From Deinococcales bacterium (GTDB taxonomy: Bacteria > Deinococcota > Deinococci > Deinococcales > JAAFIG01): DNA of 16,533 bases. Numbering within the stretch: the stretch's first letter is position 1; each line of letters starts with the position of its first letter. The translations under genes and the position numbers were made by a program. The DNA is taken from the NCBI GenBank assembly GCA_043778225.1, contig JAYWGM010000082.1, positions 1-16,533 on the forward strand, given 5' to 3'. Under the pieces are notes generated by a model that searched no databases, was not told where the DNA came from, and was given only the letters and a program-made list of their open reading frames with translations. Shown in pieces: positions 7,620 to 15,035 of the stretch.

Positions 7620-7695
7620 GGGGATGTGGCGCAGTTGGGAGCGCGCTTGAATCGCACTCAAGAGGTCAGGGGTTCAAATCCCCTCATCTCCACCA
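7620..7695 (+). tRNA. tRNA-Ala(CGC)
   Basis: Acceptor stem GGGGATG/CATCTCC with the G3:U70 Ala identity pair, anticodon arm CTTGA-AT CGC AC-TCAAG, T-arm AGGGG-TTCAAAT-CCCCT and encoded CCA; 76 nt. Confidence 0.96.
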
Positions 7696-7698
7696 TCA

Positions 7699-7725
7699 TA
7701 AAACCCTGTTTTAGACAGGGTTTTA
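7699..7725 (+). terminator. Intrinsic terminator after tRNA-Ala
   Basis: 11-bp inverted repeat taaaaccctgt/acagggtttta followed by cctttt. Confidence 0.75.
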
Positions 7726-7748
7726 CCTTTTAGGGTTATTATGTATAG

Positions 7749-7898
7749 ATACTCTGTATTTCGCAAAAAGCGCGAAATACGTCGACGGTCTTTTTTTTAC
7801 TCCCGTTGGTCGGGAAGCGCGAACAGCCCGCAAGGTGCTGTCTTATGAGCAAGAAGTTCGTAAGAACTTCCGAAACTTGGTATTGGTAGAGTAGCTGA
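7749..7898 (+). mobile_element. Hairpin-rich repeat plus putative IS200/IS605-type left end
   Basis: Hairpins at 7756-7780 (loop AAAAAGC), 7823-7841 (GCAA loop) and 7853-7870 (gaagttc-GTAA-gaacttc). Two 17-mers are shared with positions 1-58. The segment lies directly upstream of a tnpA fragment. Confidence 0.55.
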
Positions 7899-8018
7899 GT
7901 GAATCAAACTCGTTCTGGGAGTCATGGTGTGTCTAGGTTGATGGCACATATTGTGTGGGTCACGAAGTTTAGGTATAATAACGGTATTTTGATTGAGATT
8001 CGCCCACCTAACACGTAA
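7899..8018 (+). pseudogene. tnpA: Truncated IS200/IS605-family transposase (TnpA, Y1) 5' fragment
   Basis: Hand translation from GTG 7899 gives (M)NQTRSGSHGVSRLMAHIVWVTKFRY, matching the TnpA N-terminal pattern SH.V..L..H.VW.TKYR. Similarity stops at 7976, followed by 13 unrelated codons and TAA at 8016-8018. The HUH motif and catalytic Tyr are absent. Confidence 0.75.
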
Positions 8019-8023
8019 ACAAA

Positions 8024-9193
8024 TCATCGATTGACCTCAAGTGCATAATGCCCTTCGATGTAAGCAAAACGCTGCTCGAGATTGGCTGCCAATTCAAACC
8101 CCATTCCGGGTGCATCTGATAACTCGAGCATCCCGTTTTTAATGGCTAACGGCTGGCTGATAACGGCTTCTTGGAGTGGTCCTTGAATCATGCAATGCTC
8201 GAGTGGCAAGTTGCTGTCTATTGCCGCTAAGAATTGTGCGTTTTCTAAGAGCATTGGCGCGTTATGCCAACTGTGTGGTGTGACGGCAATGCCAAATCGG
8301 GCTGCCATTTTTGCAATTCGTAAGCCTTCGGTGATCCCTGTCAGGGCAACATCGGGTTGTACAATGTCAAAGCCCTTGGTTTTAAGGAATGGGTAGGCTT
8401 GTTCAAGGGTTGCAAAACTCTCGCCACCCGTGATGGCAATACCAACGGCTGCATTCAGTCTCGAGTACCCATCCACGTCAAACATATCTATCGGTTCTTC
8501 AAGCCATTTGAACCCCAGCTTCTCGAGTTCTTTTGCCACAATCAGGGCTTGCTCGTAACTCAAGCGCTTACCGCCATCCACTGCCAGTTCCATACGCCCA
8601 TTGACCGCTTGGGAAAGTTCGCGCATTAGACCCAAGAAGCGTTCAACGGTCACGCCATCCCACTCCCAATGCGTTCCGAGTCGAACTTTACTGGCAGTGT
8701 AGCCTTGTTCAAGATACCCAAGGGTTTCTTTGATCAGTTGCTCAGGAAAAATTCGCCAGTCGTACCGACAACCCGAGGAGGCATAGAGCCGCAGTTGATC
8801 GGGTGCATTTGGGTTAATCAATTTGCGAACGCTAACACCCGCAATTTTGGCACGCAAATCCCATAACGCACAGTCCAAACCAGCCGCAGCGCAATCATGA
8901 GCCGTCATGTGCGGAAACGAAGTCGTTGGAAAATGTCCGTTGGGGCGCGGTGCAATCGCAGGGTCATTCGGGTCTTGTCCAATTAACTCGAGCGAAAGCC
9001 AGTCAATTGCTTCTCGAATCAAATTTGGAGCGCCATAAGCACTGGCTTCGCCGATTCCCTCGAGTCCAGCATCGGTATGGACAATCACCAAGGCGCAGTC
9101 GGCTTTGACCGAACGGTATCTATGCGTGAACCATTGCTCTGAGCGTTCGTGAAGGCGGGATAGGCAAAGTGTTTCAATTCGGGTTATTTTCAT
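8024..9193 (-). CDS. Mandelate racemase/muconate lactonizing enzyme family (enolase superfamily), probable acid-sugar dehydratase
   Basis: GIGEA, AGLDCALWDLRAK, metal ligands in VDGG/WLEEP/GGES, QPD and PHSW. The start is better placed at ATG 9193 (MKITRIE, GGAG RBS) than at TTG 9205. Confidence 0.85.
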   Translation of the reverse strand: MKITRIETLCLSRLHERSEQWFTHRYRSVKADCALVIVHTDAGLEGIGEASAYGAPNLIREAIDWLSLELIGQDPNDPAIAPRPNGHFPTTSFPHMTAHDCAAAGLDCALWDLRAKIAGVSVRKLINPNAPDQLRLYASSGCRYDWRIFPEQLIKETLGYLEQGYTASKVRLGTHWEWDGVTVERFLGLMRELSQAVNGRMELAVDGGKRLSYEQALIVAKELEKLGFKWLEEPIDMFDVDGYSRLNAAVGIAITGGESFATLEQAYPFLKTKGFDIVQPDVALTGITEGLRIAKMAARFGIAVTPHSWHNAPMLLENAQFLAAIDSNLPLEHCMIQGPLQEAVISQPLAIKNGMLELSDAPGMGFELAANLEQRFAYIEGHYALEVNR

Positions 9194-9269
9194 GATTTTC
9201 TCCAATTTTTAAGGCACAATAGTTTCGGAATGTTTTTGATTTTTTGCGTCTATAACGCATTTGGATTTT

Positions 9270-9296
9270 GTAGGGGTAGACCCCCGTGTCTACCTT
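9270..9296 (+). repeat. GTAG-type REP-like palindrome
   Basis: GTAG followed by the stem ggtagac/gtctacc around the loop ccccgt; isolated GC-rich palindrome in an AT-rich intergenic spacer. Confidence 0.5.
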
Positions 9297-9367
9297 GTAG
9301 GACAAGATAATTTGGATTTCTCCTGAAAAATATTCTGAACAATGGCTGTAAGTCAATCACCAGAAAC

Positions 9368-10330
9368 TCACACCAACAACTCGAGCAGTGGCACAGTCGA
9401 ATTGACTACTAACGCACTCAGGCTGTCCTCGAGTTGCTGCAACGTGCGACAACCAACAATCGGAACGGTCAAAAACGGTTGCGAAATTAAGTAATTCAGC
9501 ACAATTTGCGTAATCGTCCAGTTGGTCGTCTGCTGAATGCGTTGAATTTGCCTCGAGCGCTCGAGATTACCAGCAAGTGGGTACGGGCGGCGTGCATCGG
9601 GATTCATCTGTTCAAGGCTGCCGCTCAAAATTCGTTGGAATAAGCCGTTGGCTTGGGCGCTGTACGGCATGGCTGCTAGACCAGTAGAGTTGTGGTACGC
9701 GATTAAGTCGTTGTCCATGACCACCATTGTTTGGTCAGGTATCGCGCTGGGTTCGATCACCGCCGCGCTCCACATCACCTGACTGGCAACAAAGCCCTGA
9801 ATACCGTGCAAAACAGCGTATTCTTGGGCAAGTCTGAGCCGCTCGAGACTCCAATTTGAAGCCCCAAAGTAGCGAATTGTGCCACGTTTGACCAATTCGT
9901 TGAGCGTCCCCAAAATGTCTTCAACGGGTCGGGCAGGGTCGTCGCGGTGCAGCCAGTAAAGGTCTATCCAATCGGTTTGTAAATGCTCCAAACTTTCTTC
10001 GAGGTCGGTCTGGATTTCGAGTCTGGACAGCCGCCCAAGCTGCATCGTCTCGAGCTTTGGATGTGCGCCCTTGGTGGATACGATGATTTTTTGACGGTTC
10101 TGACAACTTTTCATCCACAGCCCAATGGTTTTTTCACTCATGTGCTTTTCGCCAGCCAGCCAATTCGAGTAGACATGGGCTGTGTCGAGCAGATTGCCGC
10201 CGCGCTCAACAAAATAATCCAGCAGCCCAAAAGCGTCTTGACGGTTGATGGTGTTACCAAAACCAACCGTTCCAAGGCTGATTGGTGAGACCTCGAGTTT
10301 AGTGTTGGGAATCTGGCGATGCAGCATCAT
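9368..10330 (-). CDS. Aldo/keto reductase
   Basis: VSPISLGT, GGNLLDTAHVY (catalytic D/Y), SEKTIG, VSTKG, IDLYWLHRDD, IRYFGASNW and PIVGCRT. Confidence 0.92.
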   Translation of the reverse strand: MMLHRQIPNTKLEVSPISLGTVGFGNTINRQDAFGLLDYFVERGGNLLDTAHVYSNWLAGEKHMSEKTIGLWMKSCQNRQKIIVSTKGAHPKLETMQLGRLSRLEIQTDLEESLEHLQTDWIDLYWLHRDDPARPVEDILGTLNELVKRGTIRYFGASNWSLERLRLAQEYAVLHGIQGFVASQVMWSAAVIEPSAIPDQTMVVMDNDLIAYHNSTGLAAMPYSAQANGLFQRILSGSLEQMNPDARRPYPLAGNLERSRQIQRIQQTTNWTITQIVLNYLISQPFLTVPIVGCRTLQQLEDSLSALVVNSTVPLLELLV

Positions 10331-10428
10331 GTTTCCTATTTTGACTTAAAGTCTCTGATTTGAGTTATGAATTCTGATGACAATGGTTGTTTAGACTGCG
10401 CTGAGAGCCTCGTTAAAGTAAATCACGA

Positions 10429-11742
10429 TTAAGAACTTGGTTCTGCTTGTAACTGCCACGCTTGACCATTTGGAAATTCAAACTCCTCAAGCGATGCGCT
10501 TTTCATTTCAATGCTGTAGCCAGATTCTCGAGGGGCGACATAATGCCCATTTTGAATCGTGCAAGGGTAAAGAAAATGTTCGTGCAGATGATCCACAAAT
10601 TCAGTCACTCGATTCTCGAGTGAACCCGAAACGGCAATATAATCAAAAATACTCAGGTGCTGCACGTACTCGCACAGTCCCACACCACCAGCGTGCGGAC
10701 AGACTGGAATACCAAACTTAGCGCACATTAACAGCACCGCTAAGTTCTCGTTGACTCCGCCCATTCGGGCGGCATCTATCTGACAAAAAGAAATCGCTTG
10801 GGCTTGCAATAATTGCTTAAATAAAACTCGGTTCTGACCCATTTCGCCCGTGGCAACACCAATTCCAAAAGGCTGCATGGCTTTGGCTATCGTGGCATGA
10901 CCAAGAATGTCATCAGGTGAAGTCGGTTCTTCAATCCAGAGCGGCTTAAAAATGGCGAGGTGCTGCATCCAATCTATCGCTTCTTGAACATCCCAAACTT
11001 GGTTGGCATCCACCATCAAAAAATTATTCCAACCAATTTCTTCTCGAATAATTGTAGCGCGGCGAATATCATCCTCGAGATTCCGACCAATCTTTATTTT
11101 AATGTGCTTAAAACCCTGTGCTAGTGCCTCTTGGCATAATCGCCTGATTTTATCATCGGGATAGCCAAGCCAGCCAGCGCTGGTGGTGTAGGCAGGATTG
11201 CCAGTTTTGAGCATTTGGGCGGTTCTGACTGCTTTGGTTGGCTCGAGGCGCGTCAGAATCTCGAGTGCTTCTGATGGCGTTAAAGCATCGGTGATGTACC
11301 TAAAATCTATGCAGCCCACCAATTGGCGCGGGGTCATGTCTGCCAGTAAACGCCAAAGTGGTTTATCCTCGAGTTTCGCCCATAAATCCCAAACGGCGTT
11401 AATCACGGCGGCTGTCGCCAGATGAATCACACCTTTTTCCGGACCAATCCAACGAAGCTGCGAATCAGAGGTGATGTGCCGATAAAACTTGCCCATGTCA
11501 GCCGTAAAATCCTCGAGTGTATGCCCGATAATAAGTGGTTTGAGGGCATGAATGGCTGCCACCACAACTTCGTTACCTCGTCCAATGGTAAAGGTTAGTC
11601 CATGCCCCGTTAAACTCGAGTCAGTATGCAGTATCACATAGGCTGCGCTGTAATCAGGGTCTGGATTCATGGCATCTGAACCATCCAAGTGCTGAGAAGT
11701 TGGAAAACGAATGTCTTTGACCTGTAAATGCGTGATTTTCAT
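10429..11742 (-). CDS. fucD: L-fuconate dehydratase (FucD/ENOSF1-type enolase superfamily)
   Basis: Diagnostic [92 protein letters not shown] and [10 protein letters not shown]. Start placed at ATG 11742 (MKITHL, AAGGGA RBS). Confidence 0.9.
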   Translation of the reverse strand: MKITHLQVKDIRFPTSQHLDGSDAMNPDPDYSAAYVILHTDSSLTGHGLTFTIGRGNEVVVAAIHALKPLIIGHTLEDFTADMGKFYRHITSDSQLRWIGPEKGVIHLATAAVINAVWDLWAKLEDKPLWRLLADMTPRQLVGCIDFRYITDALTPSEALEILTRLEPTKAVRTAQMLKTGNPAYTTSAGWLGYPDDKIRRLCQEALAQGFKHIKIKIGRNLEDDIRRATIIREEIGWNNFLMVDANQVWDVQEAIDWMQHLAIFKPLWIEEPTSPDDILGHATIAKAMQPFGIGVATGEMGQNRVLFKQLLQAQAISFCQIDAARMGGVNENLAVLLMCAKFGIPVCPHAGGVGLCEYVQHLSIFDYIAVSGSLENRVTEFVDHLHEHFLYPCTIQNGHYVAPRESGYSIEMKSASLEEFEFPNGQAWQLQAEPSS

Positions 11743-11831
11743 GCTTAAATCCCTTACCTTTAACGTCACTTTCGAGAAATCCTTAGACTCAATTTGGTTT
11801 GCTTCTGTAAAAACTAAAGCTACAGCAATGT

Positions 11832-14800
11832 TCAGGCAACCACGGTCAGACCAAGTAAGCTAACCACCACTTCTTGGGATAGACACTCGAGCGAAACTTG
11901 TACCAACTCGAGGTTCGGGCGCAGTGGACAGTTGATGACCACCGCCCGAATATGCTTCCCAAGTTGCACTTGTGGTGGTGGATTCGGCAGCGCGAACGCA
12001 TCAATGTCCCAGTCGTAGCGTCCCGATAGTGACAAGTAATTATCGGGGTGAATCAGCGCCGCTGAATCGGTACTTCCATCGGCGTAGGTCAGGTGCAGGG
12101 CAGCATTGGCGATTCCAACCTGCATTGGGTTGGTTGTGCCAGATACGAGGACATACAGGTTGCGTCCAACTGCCGAAATCTCGAGGTCAATCTGAGTTGG
12201 AAAGTTATCCCAGCGCGAGGTTAGGCAAGCATTCAACCCACTTTCGCTCCACAAAAATGGAACTCGAGCCTCGCTCCAAAGCCAGCCTTGTCGGTCTGGG
12301 ATTACGTTGTCAAACTCGAGAATTGGCGGTTTGATATTCCAGAACGGATATGTCCAAGGCGAGTAGCCATCTGTGCCGAGTTGTGCCGAACAGGTCTCTG
12401 GACGTGGGGACAAGTACGATTGCTGGTAAATGGTTCGCAAGTCCGCATTGAAATAAGCGCCAATCTCGAGCGGCTGCCAGTGCTGTTCGGTGCTTGGAGA
12501 CGGTTCAATCAGAACTTGGATAGGCGCAAGAATCTGAATCTCGAGCGGTTGGTAACGCAGACACCCCAGATGCTCGAGGCGAGCCAGTACCAAGTGTTTG
12601 CCGATTGATTCCCCGAGGGTTGCTCGAAAGCCATGTGCTTGTTGTTCTACTCCTACCAAACACATTTGGGGATTCTCGAGTGCGGTCAATTCATCCGTCC
12701 AGAACTGCGTGACCGTTTCACCCGCGAAGCCCTCGAGCAAAATGGGTTTCAGGGCTTCTCGCTGACCTTCCCAGCGTACACAGACCGTCGCCGAAGTTGT
12801 TGCAATTTCAGACTCGAGCGTCAAACGCGTGTCCCCATACCCCGGCTCGAGCGTGAATGGGACTGGCTGCCCATTGAGCGTGACCTCGAGTACCTGTTCG
12901 CAGAGCAAAGGCAGTATCCATCGGACTCGGGCGGCGCGACTCAGGTGTAATGCGTAGGTGGACTCGCCGTTGGCACTCAGAAACTCGAGTTTGAATTCGG
13001 GCGTTTTGATGCTTGCGCTGTCCCAATCGTCGGGAAATTGCGGCGCACAAATGACCATACCTTGTGGGTAATTCGGGCGTAAACCAAATAAGCCCTCGAG
13101 TACAACTCGCCCAAATAAGCTGACTCCATCGGCAAAATCGGTGGCTCGCCCCTGACGATGAGGCTCGAGTCCTCGGCTGGGGAAATGCGGCGCGATGTTG
13201 ATTGTACCGGGGCTGGTGGAACGAAAAGCCGATTCATGCACCACACCAGTCAAGAGTTTGTACCCATCGCGTCCTCGCCCAGATTGGTAGTACGCCAACG
13301 CCAGATGCAGCGTATCGGCAAAATCGAGTTCACGCACTGACCATTCATAAGGAACCCAGTTGTTCAGCCAGCACAACTCACCGCCCTCGACTGCCACCCG
13401 CTCGAGACCCCATTCGGTGTAATGCAGGTTTTGCCACGCCTCGATTTGGGTGAGCATCGCTGCGTCTATTGGCAGAAAAATGGTGTACAAACAAGCGATG
13501 TCATGACGACGTTTCAAACCCAACGCATCGCGGTACTCTGCCAGATGCCCACGCTCGATAATCCACAGTGACTCGAGGACACCCGTGCGGATTTTCTCGG
13601 CTCGAGAACGGTGCAAGTCTGCCCGCTCGAGTAATCCTGCACGTTCACAGAGTTCGGCGGCTGCAAGATACCCTGTGTAGGCATAGGCGCTGGACTGGGC
13701 GGTGCCACCGCCGTTGTACCAGACCGAATCACTTGCCCAAACATTGAGGTAACTTTCGTACACCCCGTCGTCGTCTGGGTCAAAGCATTCGCGCTGCCAC
13801 TCGAGATGAAGCTCGAGCGCGGGCAGTAACAACGCCTCGAGTTCGGCATCTTGAGTCCAGCGCCAAGTGTGAATCAGTTGGTCAAAATAAACTTCCTGCA
13901 TATTGTAGAACTCGGCGTAAATCGAAATGCGTCCCAACCCGTAAAAGCGTGAATCATGACTTTGCAAGCACTGTAATAGCTTCGAGTCAGACTGGAAACC
14001 GTGGAGGCTCGAGTCCTGAACTTGATGCGGCAAAATGTGTTTTGCCTCGCTAATCACGCGGCTCGAGTAGCCGTAAGCAGTTGGACCGTAGCGGATTCGC
14101 CAACCGAGAAATGGGATGTTCCAAGCCATGCAGCCGTGAACAAAAGCAGGTGGGTAAAAAAGTGCGTCCATCGAAGCGTTTGAGGCATCCATGACCCGAT
14201 CCAGAAAAGCATTAGGAGTACGACAGACCACGGTTTGGAGTTGCCGTTCGGCTCTCGCTTGACCCGCCTCGAAATCCGTTTTTGGCTTGCGGGTTAGATG
14301 TTCGCTGTTTGGCTGTCCGATGCTCCAATACAGTGCGTCTGATGGAATTGTTAATCGCCCAGCCAGCAATGGATGCTTGAGCAAAGCTAATTGCGTCGGG
14401 TTCTCGAGGAACGTTGGGTCAGTCCAAAGATTTGCATCCACCAGATTCAGTTCATAACCCGCAGGAAAAAAGCCCACCACACCAGAGGATTCTCCCTGCG
14501 GATGCAAGACCGAAAAATGCGTCTCGAGAACCGAAAAGACATTTTCTTTGCAACCGCTCGGGTCAAAACCTTTTTCGGTCAGTTCCGGGTGTTCGTTGGG
14601 GTCAAGTGTCCACAGCAGATTGCTCTCGACTTTGGGTTTTATACCGCCATACACCCAAAGCAGTTCATCCTCGAGTTGACTGCCCAGTACCTCGAGCCGC
14701 ACTGCAAAACCCGCGCCTTCTGCCCATGGCACAACCTCGAGTTTGAGTTCCAGCCCCTCGAGCCGTGAATCGGACAGTTGCCACGAGGTTCGGTTGGGCT

Positions 14801-15035
14801 TAAAAGTGGTCTGGCGATGGTCGAAATCGTGCAACCAGACGGTTTGCTGACCGCGTTTGATCGCAAGCATCAAATCGCCGCAGACCGCTTGTCCGTAAGC
14901 CAAACGCAGGCAGGGTTGGTCGCCACTGAGGACAACGCTGGGAAGATTCGCACCGTAAAGCGGACGGTTATGAAAACGTGTTCCGTTCTGGCAGACGATG
15001 GCAGTATCAGTTGGGCGATAAAGTGAAGTCGTCAT
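11832..15035 (-). CDS. DUF4450-like large protein, putative (alpha/alpha)6-barrel glycoside hydrolase
   Basis: N-terminal [12 protein letters not shown]...SGDQP; central [25 protein letters not shown] and [26 protein letters not shown]-terminal SRWDNFP and GTTNPMQ. The family is recognised from memory, not by search. No signal peptide. ATGA-coupled to the upstream GH78. Confidence 0.65.
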   Translation of the reverse strand: MTTSLYRPTDTAIVCQNGTRFHNRPLYGANLPSVVLSGDQPCLRLAYGQAVCGDLMLAIKRGQQTVWLHDFDHRQTTFKPNRTSWQLSDSRLEGLELKLEVVPWAEGAGFAVRLEVLGSQLEDELLWVYGGIKPKVESNLLWTLDPNEHPELTEKGFDPSGCKENVFSVLETHFSVLHPQGESSGVVGFFPAGYELNLVDANLWTDPTFLENPTQLALLKHPLLAGRLTIPSDALYWSIGQPNSEHLTRKPKTDFEAGQARAERQLQTVVCRTPNAFLDRVMDASNASMDALFYPPAFVHGCMAWNIPFLGWRIRYGPTAYGYSSRVISEAKHILPHQVQDSSLHGFQSDSKLLQCLQSHDSRFYGLGRISIYAEFYNMQEVYFDQLIHTWRWTQDAELEALLLPALELHLEWQRECFDPDDDGVYESYLNVWASDSVWYNGGGTAQSSAYAYTGYLAAAELCERAGLLERADLHRSRAEKIRTGVLESLWIIERGHLAEYRDALGLKRRHDIACLYTIFLPIDAAMLTQIEAWQNLHYTEWGLERVAVEGGELCWLNNWVPYEWSVRELDFADTLHLALAYYQSGRGRDGYKLLTGVVHESAFRSTSPGTINIAPHFPSRGLEPHRQGRATDFADGVSLFGRVVLEGLFGLRPNYPQGMVICAPQFPDDWDSASIKTPEFKLEFLSANGESTYALHLSRAARVRWILPLLCEQVLEVTLNGQPVPFTLEPGYGDTRLTLESEIATTSATVCVRWEGQREALKPILLEGFAGETVTQFWTDELTALENPQMCLVGVEQQAHGFRATLGESIGKHLVLARLEHLGCLRYQPLEIQILAPIQVLIEPSPSTEQHWQPLEIGAYFNADLRTIYQQSYLSPRPETCSAQLGTDGYSPWTYPFWNIKPPILEFDNVIPDRQGWLWSEARVPFLWSESGLNACLTSRWDNFPTQIDLEISAVGRNLYVLVSGTTNPMQVGIANAALHLTYADGSTDSAALIHPDNYLSLSGRYDWDIDAFALPNPPPQVQLGKHIRAVVINCPLRPNLELVQVSLECLSQEVVVSLLGLTVVA

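Noticed and set aside
7676..7695. tRNA 3'-end duplication (attL/attR) marking an integrated element
   Set aside because: No second copy and no integrase were seen in the window, so it cannot be supported here.
7823..7880. Hammerhead-ribozyme-like layout (hairpin, CTTATGA, hairpin, GAAAC)
   Set aside because: The core reads CUUAUGA rather than CUGANGA (invariant G missing), and there is no NUH cleavage triplet or stem III partner. An IS-end hairpin explains it better.
7797..8027. 76-aa minus-strand ORF overlapping the enolase stop (ATGA)
   Set aside because: It runs antisense through the tnpA fragment and repeat hairpins and has no recognisable motif; likely spurious.
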